Notes under the pieces: model-generated
Seen by the model: only the letters and a program-made list of their open reading frames with translations
Databases searched by the model: none
Told to the model about the DNA's origin: nothing
Assembly: GCF_009914755.1 (NCBI RefSeq)
Contig: NC_060937.1
DNA from: the human T2T-CHM13v2.0 reference genome, Homo sapiens
DNA: 64,000 nt
Direction: 5' to 3' (one strand)
Shown: piece by piece, positions 27,701 to 42,250 of the stretch
Layout of the letters: each line of letters opens with the position of its first letter
How positions within the stretch are numbered: position 1 is the first letter of the stretch
Program-made: the position numbers and the translations under genes

Positions 27701-30625
27701 ATAGTTTGTGAACTTTGATATTTCATGTAGAGTATATAATATATATTTGGGGTACTTTGATATTTTATGTACAGTATATAATCTATATTTGATGTACTTT
27801 CATATTTTATGTACCTAATATATATTTGATGTAATTTCATATTTTATGTACAGTATATAATGTATAGTTTGGGTACTTTGATATTTTATGTACACTATAG
27901 AATATATATCTGGTGTACTTTGATATTTTATGTACAGAATAAAATATATATTTGATGTACTTTCATATTTTATGTACAGTATAAAATACATGCTTTGGGT
28001 ACTTTGATATTTTTTGTACAGTATAGAATATATACCTTGGGTACTTTGATATTTTATGTACAGTATATAATATATAGTGTGTGAACTTTGATATTTCATG
28101 TACAGTATAAAATATATATTTGGGGTACTTTGGTATTTTATGTACAGTATATAATCTATATTTGATGTACTTTCATATTTTATGTACCTAATATAATATA
28201 TATTTGATGTAATTTCATATTTTATGTACAGTGTATAATGTATAGTTTGGGTACTTTGATATTTTATGTACACTATAGAATATATATCTGGTGTACTTTG
28301 ATATTTTATGTACAGAATAAAATATATATTTGATATACTTTCATATTTTATGTACAGTATATAATAAATGCTTTGTGTAATTTGATATTTTTTGTACAGT
28401 ATAGAATATATACCTTGGGTACTTTGATATTTTATGTACAGTATATAATATATAGTTTGTGAACTTTGATATTTCATGTAGAGTATATAATATATATTTG
28501 GGTACTTTGATATTTTATGTACAGTATATAATCTATATTTGATGTACTTTCATATTTTATGTACCTAATATAATATATATTTGATGTAATTTCATATTTT
28601 ATGTACAGTATATAATGTATAGTTTGGGTACTTTGATATTTTATGAACAGTATAGAATATATATTTGGTGTACTTTGATACTTTATGTACAGAATAAAAT
28701 ATATATTTGATGTACTTTCATATTTTATGTACAGCATATAATACATGCTTTGGGTACTTTGATATTTTTTGTACAGTATAGAGTATATACCTTGGGTACA
28801 CTGATATTTTATGTACGGTATATAATATATAGTTTGTGAACTTTGATATTTCATGTACAGTATAAAATATATATTTGGGGTTCTTTGGTATTTTATGTAC
28901 AGTATATAATCTATATTTGATGTACTTTCATAATTTATGTACCTATTATAATATATGTTTATTGTAATTTCATATTTTATGTACAGTATATAATGTATAT
29001 CTTGGGAACTTTGATATTTTATGTACACTATACAATATATATTTGGTGTACTTTGACATTTTGTGTACAGAATAAAATATATATTTGATGTACTTTCATA
29101 TTTTATGTACAGTATATAATACATGCTTTGGGTACTTTGATATTATTTGTACAGTATAGAATATATACCTTGGGTACATTGATATTTTATGTACAGTATA
29201 TAATATATAGTTTGTGAACTTTGGTATTTCATGTACAGTATATAATATATACTTGGGTACTTTTTTATTTTATGTACAGCATATAATCTATATTTGATGT
29301 ACTTTCATATTTTATGTACCTAATATAATATATATTTGATGCAATTTCATATTTTATGTACAGTATATAATGTATAGTTTGGGTACTTTGATATTTTATG
29401 TACAGTATAGAATATATATTTGGTGTACTTTGATATTGTATGTACAGAATAAAATATATATTTGATGTACTTTCATATTTTATGTACAGTATATAATACA
29501 TGCTTTGGGTACTTTGAAATTTTTTGTACAGTATAGAATATATACCTTGGGTACATTGATATTTTATGTACAGTATATAATATATAGTTTGTGAACTTTG
29601 ATATTTCATGTACAGTATATAATATATACTTGAGTACTTTGATATTTTATGTACACTATATAATCTATATTTGATGTACTTTCATATTTTATGTACCTAA
29701 TATAATATATATTTGATGTAATTTCATATTTTATATACAGAATGTAATGTATAGTTTGGGTACTTTGATATTTTATGTACAGTATAGAATATATATTGGT
29801 GTACTTTGATATTTTATGTACAGAATAAAATATATATTTGATGTACCTTCATATTTTATGTACTGCATATAATACATGCTTTGGGTACTTTGATATTTTT
29901 TGTACAGTATAGAATATATACCTTGGGTACTTTGATATTTTATGTACAGTATATAATATATAGTTTGTGAACTTTGATATTTCATGTACAGTATAAAATA
30001 TATATTTGGGGTACTTTGGTATTTTATGTACAGTATATAATCTATATTTGATGTACTTTCATATTTTATGTACCTAATATAAAATATATTTGATGTAATT
30101 TCATATTTTATGTACAGTATATAATGTATAGTTTGGGTACTTTGACATTTTATGTACACTATAGAATATATATCTGGTGTACTTTGATATTTTATGTACA
30201 GAATAAAATATATATTTGATGTACTTTCATATTTTATGTACAGTATATAATACATGCTTTGGGTACTTTGATATTTTTTGTACAGTATAGAATATATACC
30301 TTGGGTACTTTGATATTTTATGTACAGTATATAATATATAGTTTGTGAACTTTGATATTTCATGTACAGTATATAATATATATTTGGGGTACTTTGATAT
30401 TTTATGTACAGTATATAATCTATATTTGAGGTACTTTCATATTTTATGTACCTAATATATATTTGATGTAATTTCATATTTTATGTACAGTATATAATGT
30501 ATAGTTTGGGTACTTTGATATTTTATGTACACTATAGAATATATATCTGGTGTACTTTGATATTTTATGTACAGAATAAAATATATATTTGATGTACTTT
30601 CATATTTTATGTACAGTATGTAATA

Positions 30626-33600
30626 CATGCTTTGGGTACTTTGATATTTTTTGTACAGTATAGAATATATACCTTGGGTACTTTGATATTTTATGTACAG
30701 TATATAATATATAGTTTGTGAACTTTGATATTTCATGTACAGTATAAAATATATATTTGGGGTACTTTGGTATTTAATGTACAGTATATAATCTATATTT
30801 GATGTACTTTCATATTTTATGTACCTAATATAAAATATATTTGATGTAATTTCATATTTTATGTACAGTATATAATATATAGTTTGTGAACTTTGATATT
30901 TCATGTAGAGTATATAATATATATTTGGGGTACTTTGATATTTTATATACAGTATATAATCTATATTTGATGTACATTCATATTTTATGTACCTAATATA
31001 TATTTGATGTAATTTCATATTTTATGTACAGAATATAATGTATAGTTTCGGTACTTTGATATTTTATGTACACTATAGAATATATATCTGGTGTACTTTG
31101 ATATTTTATGTACAGAATAAAATATATATTCGATGTACTTTCATATTTTATGTACAGTATATAATACATGCTTTGGGTACTTTGATATTTTTTGTACAGT
31201 ATAGAATATATACCTTGGGTACTTTGATATTTTATGTACAGTATATAATATATAGTTTGTGAACTTTGATATTTCATGTAGAGTATATAATATATATTTG
31301 GGGTACTTTGATATTTTATGTACAGTATATAATCTATATTTGATGTACATTCATATTTTATGTACCTAATATATATTTGATGTAATTTCATATTTTATGT
31401 ATAGTATATAATGTATAGTTTGGGTACTTTGATATTTTATGTACACTATAGAATATAGATCTGGTGTACTTTGATATTTTATGTACAGAATAAAATATAT
31501 ATTTGATGTACTTTCATATTTTATGTACAGTATATAATACATGCTTTGGGTACTTTGATATTTTTTGTAGAGTATAGAATATATACCTTGGGTACTTTGA
31601 TATTTTATGTACAGTATATAATATATAGTTTGTGAACTTTGATATTTCATGTAGAGTATATAATATATAGTTTGTGAACTTTGATATTTCATGTAGAGTA
31701 TATAATATATATTTGGGGTACTTTGATATTTAATGTACAGTATATAATCTATATTTGATGTACTTTCATATTTTATGTACCTAATATAAAATATATTTGA
31801 TGTAATTTCATATTTTATGTACAGTATATAATATATAGTTTGTGAACTTTGATATTTCATGTACAGTATAAAATATATATTTGGGGTACTTTGGTATTTA
31901 ATGTACAGTATATAATCTATATTTGATGTACTTTCATATTTTATGTACAGTATATAATACATGCTTTGGGTACTTTGATATTTTTTGTACAGTATAGAAT
32001 ATATACCTTGGGTACTTTGATATTTTATGTACAGTATATAATATATGGTTTGTGAACTTTGATATTTCATGTAGAGTATAAAATATATATTTGGGTTACA
32101 TTGATATTATATGTACAGTATATAATCTATATTTGATATACTTTTATATTTTATGTACCTAATATATATTTGATGTAATTTCATATTTTATGTACAGTAT
32201 ATAATTTATAGTTTGTGTACTTTGTTATTTTATGTACACTATAGAATATATATCTGGTGTACTTTGATATATTATGTACAGAATAAAATATATATTTGAT
32301 GTATATTCATATTTTATGTACAGTATATAATACATGCTTTGGGTACTTTGATATTTTTTGTACAGTATAGAATATATACCTTGGGTACTTTGATATTTTA
32401 TGTACAGTATATAATATATAGTTTGTGAACTTTGATATTTCATGTACAGTATATAATATATATTTGGGGTACTTTGATATTTTATGTACAGTATATAATC
32501 TATATTTGATGTACTTTCATATTTTATGTACCTAATATATATTTGATGTAATTTCATATTTTATGTACAGTATATAATTTATAGTTTGTGTACTTTGTTA
32601 TTTTATGTACACTATAGAATATATATCTGGTGTACTTTGATATTTTATGTACAGAATAAAATATATATTTGATGTACTTTCATATTTTATGTACAGTATA
32701 TAATACATGCTTTGGGTACTTTGATATTTTTTGTACAGTATAGAATATATACCTTGGGTACTTTGATATTTTATGTATAGTATATAATATATAGTTTGTG
32801 AACTTTGATATTTCATGTAGAGTATATAATATATATTTGGGTACTTTGTTATTTAATGTACAGTATATAATCTATATTTGATGTACTTTCATATTTTATG
32901 TACCTAATATATATTTGATGTAATTTCATATTTTATGTACAGTATATAATGTATAGTTTGGGTACTTTGATATTTTATGTACACTATAGAATATATATCT
33001 GGTGTACTTTGATATTTTATGTACAGAATAAAATATATATTTGATGTACTTTCATATTTTATGTACAGTATATAATACATGCTTTGGGTACTTTGATATT
33101 TTTTGTACAGTATAGAATATATACCTTGGGTAATTTGATATTTTATGTACAGTATATAATGTATGGTTTGTGAACTTTGATATTTCATGTAGAGTATAAA
33201 ATATATATTTGGGGTACATTGATATTATATGTACAGTATATAATCTATATTTGATGTACTTTCATATTTTATGTACCAAATATATATTTGATGTAATTTC
33301 ATATTTTATGTACAGTATATAATTTATAGTTTGTGTACTTTGTTATTTTATGTACACTATAGAATATATATCTGGTGTACTTTGATATTTTATGTACAGA
33401 AAAAAATATATATTTAATGTACTTTCATATTTTATATACAGTATATAATACATGCTTTGGATACTTTGATATTTTTTGTACAGTATAGAATACATACCTT
33501 GGGTACTTTGATATTTTATGTACAGTATATAATATATAGTTTGTGAACTTTGATATTTGATGTACAGTATAAAATATATATTTGGGGTACTTTGGCATTT

Positions 33601-36600
33601 AATGTACATTATATAATCTATATTTGATGTGCTTTCATATTTTATGTACCTAATATAATATATATTTGATGTAATTTCATATTTTATGTACAGTATATAA
33701 TTTATAGTTTGTGTACTTTGTTATTTTATGTACACTATAGAATACATATCTGGTGTACTTTGATATTTTATGTACAGAATAAAATATATATTTAATGTAT
33801 TTTCATATTTTGTATACAGTATATAATACATGCTTTGGGTACTTTGATATTTTTTGTACAGTATAGAATATATACCATGGGTACTTTGATATTTTATGTA
33901 CAGTATATAATATATAGTTTGTGAACTTTGATATTTTATGTAGAGAATATAATATATATTTGGGGTACTTTGATATTTTATGTACAGTATATAATCTATA
34001 TCTGATGTACTTTCATATTTTATGTAGCTAATATTATATATATTTGATGTAATCTCATATTTTATGTACAGTATATAATGTATAGTTTGGGTACTTTGAT
34101 ATTTTATGTACACTATAGAATATATATCTGGTGTACTTTGATATTTTATGTACAGAATAAAATATATATTTGATGTACTTTCATATTTTATGTACAGTAT
34201 ATAATACATGCTTTGGGTACTTTGATATTTTTTGTACAGTATAGAATATATACCTTGGGTACTTTGATATTTTATGTACAGTATATAATATATAGTTTGT
34301 GAACTTTGATATTTGATGTACAGTATAAAATATATATTTGTGTTACTTTGGTATTTAATGTACAGTATATAATCTATATTTGATGTGCTTTCATATTTTA
34401 TGTACCTAATATAATATATATTTGATGTAATTTCATATTTTATGTACAGTATATAATACATGCTTTGGGTACTTTGATATTTTTTGTACAGTATAGAATA
34501 TATATCTGGTGTACTTTGATGTTTTATGTACAGAATAAAATATATATTTGATGTACTTTCATATTTTATGTACAGTATATAATACATGCGTTGGGTACTT
34601 TGATATTTTTTGTACAGTATAGAATATATACCTTGGGTACTTTGATATTTTATGTACAGTATATAATATATGGTTTCTGAACTTTGATATTTCATGTAGA
34701 GTAAAAAATATATATTTGGGGTACATTGATATTATATGTACAGTATATAATCTATATTTGATGTACTTTCATATTTTATGTATCTAATATATATTTGATG
34801 TAATTTCATATTTTACGTACAGTATATAATTTATACTTTGTGTACTTTGTTATTTTATGTACACTATAGAATATATATCTGGTGTACTTTGATATTTTAT
34901 GTACAGAATAAAATATATATTTAATGTATTTTCATATTTTATATACAGTATATAATGCATGCTTTGGGTACTTTGATATTTTTTGTACAGTATAGAATAT
35001 ATACCTTGGGTACTTTGATATTTTATGTACAGTATATAATATATAGTTTGTGAACTTTGATATTTCATGTACAGTATAAAATATATATTTGGGGTACTTT
35101 GGTATTTAATGTACAGTATATAATCTATATTTGATGTACTTTCATATTTTATGTACCTAATATAAAATATATTTGATGTAATTTCATATTTTATGTACAG
35201 TATATAATATATAGTTTGTGAACTTTGATATTTCATGTAGAGTATATAATATATATTTGGGGTACTTTGATATTTTATATACAGTATATAATCTATATTT
35301 GATGTACATTCATATTTTATGTACCTAATATATATTTGATGTAATTTCATATTTTATGTACAGAATATAATGTATAGTTTCGGTACTTTGATATTTTATG
35401 TACACTATAGAATATATATCTGGTGTACTTTGATATTTTATGTACAGAATAAAATATATATTCGATGTACTTTCATATTTTATGTACAGTATATAATACA
35501 TGCTTTGGGTACTTTGATATTTTTTGTACAGTATAGAATATATACCTTGGGTACTTTGATATTTTATGTACAGTATATAATATATAGTTTGTGAACTTTG
35601 ATATTTCATGTAGAGTATATAATATATATTTGGGGTACTTTGATATTTTATGTACAGTATATAATCTATATTTGATGTACATTCATATTTTATGTACCTA
35701 ATATATATTTGATGTAATTTCATATTTTATGTATAGTATATAATGTATAGTTTGGGTACTTTGATATTTTATGTACACTATAGAATATAGATCTGGTGTA
35801 CTTTGATATTTTATGTACAGAATAAAATATATATTTGATGTACTTTCATATTTTATGTACAGTATATAATACATGCTTTGGGTACTTTGATATTTTTTGT
35901 AGAGTATAGAATATATACCTTGGGTACTTTGATATTTTATGTACAGTATATAATATATAGTTTGTGAACTTTGATATTTCATGTAGAGTATATAATATAT
36001 AGTTTGTGAACTTTGATATTTCATGTAGAGTATATAATATATATTTGGGGTACTTTGATATTTAATGTACAGTATATAATCTATATTTGATGTACTTTCA
36101 TATTTTATGTACCTAATATAAAATATATTTGATGTAATTTCATATTTTATGTACAGTATATAATATATAGTTTGTGAACTTTGATATTTCATGTACAGTA
36201 TAAAATATATATTTGGGGTACTTTGGTATTTAATGTACAGTATATAATCTATATTTGATGTACTTTCATATTTTATGTACAGTATATAATACATGCTTTG
36301 GGTACTTTGATATTTTTTGTACAGTATAGAATATATACCTTGGGTACTTTGATATTTTATGTACAGTATATAATATATGGTTTGTGAACTTTGATATTTC
36401 ATGTAGAGTATAAAATATATATTTGGGTTACATTGATATTATATGTACAGTATATAATCTATATTTGATATACTTTTATATTTTATGTACCTAATATATA
36501 TTTGATGTAATTTCATATTTTATGTACAGTATATAATTTATAGTTTGTGTACTTTGTTATTTTATGTACACTATAGAATATATATCTGGTGTACTTTGAT

Positions 36601-39363
36601 ATATTATGTACAGAATAAAATATATATTTGATGTATATTCATATTTTATGTACAGTATATAATACATGCTTTGGGTACTTTGATATTTTTTGTACAGTAT
36701 AGAATATATACCTTGGGTACTTTGATATTTTATGTACAGTATATAATATATAGTTTGTGAACTTTGATATTTCATGTACAGTATATAATATATATTTGGG
36801 GTACTTTGATATTTTATGTACAGTATATAATCTATATTTGATGTACTTTCATATTTTATGTACCTAATATATATTTGATGTAATTTCATATTTTATGTAC
36901 AGTATATAATTTATAGTTTGTGTACTTTGTTATTTTATGTACACTATAGAATATATATCTGGTGTACTTTGATATTTTATGTACAGAATAAAATATATAT
37001 TTGATGTACTTTCATATTTTATGTACAGTATATAATACATGCTTTGGGTACTTTGATATTTTTTGTACAGTATAGAATATATACCTTGGGTACTTTGATA
37101 TTTTATGTATAGTATATAATATATAGTTTGTGAACTTTGATATTTCATGTAGAGTATATAATATATATTTGGGTACTTTGTTATTTAATGTACAGTATAT
37201 AATCTATATTTGATGTACTTTCATATTTTATGTACCTAATATATATTTGATGTAATTTCATATTTTATGTACAGTATATAATGTATAGTTTGGGTACTTT
37301 GATATTTTATGTACACTATAGAATATATATCTGGTGTACTTTGATATTTTATGTACAGAATAAAATATATATTTGATGTACTTTCATATTTTATGTACAG
37401 TATATAATACATGCTTTGGGTACTTTGATATTTTTTGTACAGTATAGAATATATACCTTGGGTAATTTGATATTTTATGTACAGTATATAATGTATGGTT
37501 TGTGAACTTTGATATTTCATGTAGAGTATAAAATATATATTTGGGGTACATTGATATTATATGTACAGTATATAATCTATATTTGATGTACTTTCATATT
37601 TTATGTACCAAATATATATTTGATGTAATTTCATATTTTATGTACAGTATATAATTTATAGTTTGTGTACTTTGTTATTTTATGTACACTATAGAATATA
37701 TATCTGGTGTACTTTGATATTTTATGTACAGAAAAAAATATATATTTAATGTACTTTCATATTTTATATACAGTATATAATACATGCTTTGGATACTTTG
37801 ATATTTTTTGTACAGTATAGAATACATACCTTGGGTACTTTGATATTTTATGTACAGTATATAATATATAGTTTGTGAACTTTGATATTTGATGTACAGT
37901 ATAAAATATATATTTGGGGTACTTTGGCATTTAATGTACATTATATAATCTATATTTGATGTGCTTTCATATTTTATGTACCTAATATAATATATATTTG
38001 ATGTAATTTCATATTTTATGTACAGTATATAATTTATAGTTTGTGTACTTTGTTATTTTATGTACACTATAGAATACATATCTGGTGTACTTTGATATTT
38101 TATGTACAGAATAAAATATATATTTAATGTATTTTCATATTTTGTATACAGTATATAATACATGCTTTGGGTACTTTGATATTTTTTGTACAGTATAGAA
38201 TATATACCATGGGTACTTTGATATTTTATGTACAGTATATAATATATAGTTTGTGAACTTTGATATTTTATGTAGAGAATATAATATATATTTGGGGTAC
38301 TTTGATATTTTATGTACAGTATATAATCTATATCTGATGTACTTTCATATTTTATGTAGCTAATATTATATATATTTGATGTAATCTCATATTTTATGTA
38401 CAGTATATAATGTATAGTTTGGGTACTTTGATATTTTATGTACACTATAGAATATATATCTGGTGTACTTTGATATTTTATGTACAGAATAAAATATATA
38501 TTTGATGTACTTTCATATTTTATGTACAGTATATAATACATGCTTTGGGTACTTTGATATTTTTTGTACAGTATAGAATATATACCTTGGGTACTTTGAT
38601 ATTTTATGTACAGTATATAATATATAGTTTGTGAACTTTGATATTTGATGTACAGTATAAAATATATATTTGTGTTACTTTGGTATTTAATGTACAGTAT
38701 ATAATCTATATTTGATGTGCTTTCATATTTTATGTACCTAATATAATATATATTTGATGTAATTTCATATTTTATGTACAGTATATAATACATGCTTTGG
38801 GTACTTTGATATTTTTTGTACAGTATAGAATATATATCTGGTGTACTTTGATGTTTTATGTACAGAATAAAATATATATTTGATGTACTTTCATATTTTA
38901 TGTACAGTATATAATACATGCGTTGGGTACTTTGATATTTTTTGTACAGTATAGAATATATACCTTGGGTACTTTGATATTTTATGTACAGTATATAATA
39001 TATGGTTTCTGAACTTTGATATTTCATGTAGAGTAAAAAATATATATTTGGGGTACATTGATATTATATGTACAGTATATAATCTATATTTGATGTACTT
39101 TCATATTTTATGTATCTAATATATATTTGATGTAATTTCATATTTTACGTACAGTATATAATTTATACTTTGTGTACTTTGTTATTTTATGTACACTATA
39201 GAATATATATCTGGTGTACTTTGATATTTTATGTACAGAATAAAATATATATTTAATGTATTTTCATATTTTATATACAGTATATAATGCATGCTTTGGG
39301 TACTTTGATATTTTTTGTACAGTATAGAATATATACCTTGGGTACTTTGATATTTTATGTACA
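30626..39363 (-). repeat. Tandem duplication of a 4332-bp satellite segment
   Basis: ORFs at 30993/35325, 31366/35698, 32225/36557, 33343/37675 and 33721/38053 are all offset by 4332 with identical translations. Rare variants are shared, e.g. CCATGG near 33876/38208. Confidence 0.92.
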
Positions 39364-39859
39364 TTATATCATATATAGTTTGTGAACTTTGATATTTCAT
39401 GTAGAGTATATAATATATATTTGGGGTACTTTGATATTTTATGTACAGTATATAATCTATATCTGATGTACTTTCATATTTTATGTACCTAATATAATAT
39501 ATATTTGATGTAATCTCATATTTTATGTACAGTATATAATGTATAGTTTGGGTACTTTGATATTTTATATACACTATAGAATATATATCTGGTGTACTTT
39601 GATATATTATGTACAGAATAAAATATATATTTGATGTACTTTCATATTTTATGTACAGTATATAATACATGCTTTGGGTACTTTGATATTTTTTGTATAG
39701 TATAGAATATATACCTTGGGTACATTGATATTTTATGTACAGTATATAATATATGGTTTGTGAACTTTGATATTTCATGTAGAGTATAAAATATATATTT
39801 GGGGTACATTGATATTATATGTACAGTATATAATCTATATTTGATGTACTTTCATATTT

Positions 39860-42250
39860 TATGAACCTAATATATATTTGATGTAATTTCATATTTTATG
39901 TACAGTATATAATTTATAGTTTGTGTACTTTGTTATTTTATGTACACTATAGAATATATATCTGGTGTACTTTGATATTTTATGTAGAGAATAAAATATA
40001 TATTTGATGTACTTTCATATTTTATGTACAGTATATAATACATGCTTTGGGTACTTTGATATTTTATGTACACTATAGAAAATATGTCTGGTGTACTTTG
40101 ATATTTTTTGTCCAGAATAAAATATATATTTGATGTAGTTTCATATTTTATGTACAGTATATAATACATGCTTTGGGTACTTTGATATTTTTTGTACTGT
40201 ATAGAATATATACCTTGGGTACTTTGATATTTTATGTACAGTATATAATATATGGTTTGTGAACTTTGATATTTCATGTAGAGTATAAAATATATATTTG
40301 GGGTATATTGATATTTTATGTACAGTATATAATCTATATTTGATGTACTTTCATATTTTATGTACCTAATATATATTTGATGTAATTTCATATTTTATGT
40401 ACAGTATATAATTTATAGTTTGTGTACTTTGTTATTATATGTACACTATAGAATATATATCTGGTGTACTTTGATATTTTATGTACAGAATAAAATATAT
40501 ATTTGATGTACTTTCATATTTTATATACAGTATATAATACATGCTTTGGGTACTTTGATATTTTTTGTATAGTATAGAATATATACCTTGGTACTTTGAT
40601 ATTTTATGTACAGTATATAATATATGGTTTGTGAACTTTGATATTTCATGTAGAGTATAAAATATATATTTGGGGTACATTGATATTTTATGTACAGTAT
40701 ATAATCTATATTTGATGTACTTTCATATTTTATGTACCTAATATATATTTGATGAAATTTCATATTTTATGTACAGTATATAATTTATAGTTTGTGTACT
40801 TTGTTATTTTATGTACACAATAGAATATATATCTGGTGTACTTTGATATTTTATGTACAGAATAAAATATATATTTGATGTACTTTCATATTTTATGTAC
40901 AGTATATAATACATGCTTTGGGTACTTTGATATTTTTTGTACAGTATAGAATATATACCTTGGGTACTTTGATATTTTATGTACAGTATATAATATATAG
41001 TTTGTGAACTTTGATATTTCATGTACAGTATATAATATATATTTGGGGTACTTTGATATTTTATGTACAGTATATAATCTATATTTGATAAACTTTCATA
41101 TTTTATGTACCTAATATATATTTGATGTAATTTCATATTTTATGTACAGTATATAATTTATAGTTTGTGTACTTTGTTATTTTATGTACACTATAGAATA
41201 TATATCTGGTGTACTTTGATATTTTATGTACAGAATAAAATATATATTTGATGTACTTTCATATTTTATGTACAGTATATAATACATGCTTTGGGTACTT
41301 TGATATTTTTTGTACAGTATAGAATATATACCTTGGGTATTTTGATATTTTATGTACAGTATATAATATATAGTTTGTGAACTTTGATATTTCATGTAGA
41401 GTATATAATATATATTTGGGGTACTTTGATATTTTATGTACAGTATATAATCTATATTTGATGTACTTTCATATTTTATGAACCTAATATATATTTGATG
41501 TAATTTCATATTTTATGTACAGTATATAATGTATAGTTTGGGTACTTTGATATTTTATGTACACTGTAGAATATATATCTGGTGTACTTTGATATTTTAT
41601 GTACAGAATAAAATATATATTTGATGTACTTTCATATTTTATGTACAGTATATAATACATGCTTTGGGTACTTTGATATTTTTTGTACAGTATAGAATAT
41701 ATACCTTGGGTACCTTGATATTTTATGTACAGTATATAATATATGGTTTGTGAACTTTGATATTTCATGTAGAGTATAAAATATATATTTGGGGTACATT
41801 GACATTTTATGTACAGTATATAATCTATATTTGATGTACTTTCATATTTTATGTACCTAATATATATTTGATGTAATTTCATATTTTATGTACAGTATAT
41901 AATTTATAGTTTGTGTACTTTGTTATTTTATGTTCACTATAGAATATATATCTGGTGTACTTTGATGTTTTATGTACAGAATAAAATATATATTTGATGT
42001 ACTTTCATATTTTATGTACAGTATATAATACATGCTTTGGGTACTTTCATATTTTTTGTACAGTATAGAATATATACCTTGGGTACTTTGATATTTTATG
42101 TACAGTATATAATATATAGTTTGTGAACTTTGATATTTCATGTAGAGTATATAATATATATTTGGGGTACTTTGATATTTTATGTACAGTATATAATCTA
42201 TATTTGATGTACTTTCATATTTTATGTACCTAATATATATTTGATGTAAT
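39860..42250 (-). repeat. Run of consecutive 373-bp HOR variants (5-bp deletion in monomer 2)
   Basis: CCTAATATATATTTG instead of CCTAATATAATATATATTTG at about 39866, 40365, 40738, 41111, 41484, 41857 and 42230, mostly at 373-bp spacing. Confidence 0.85.
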
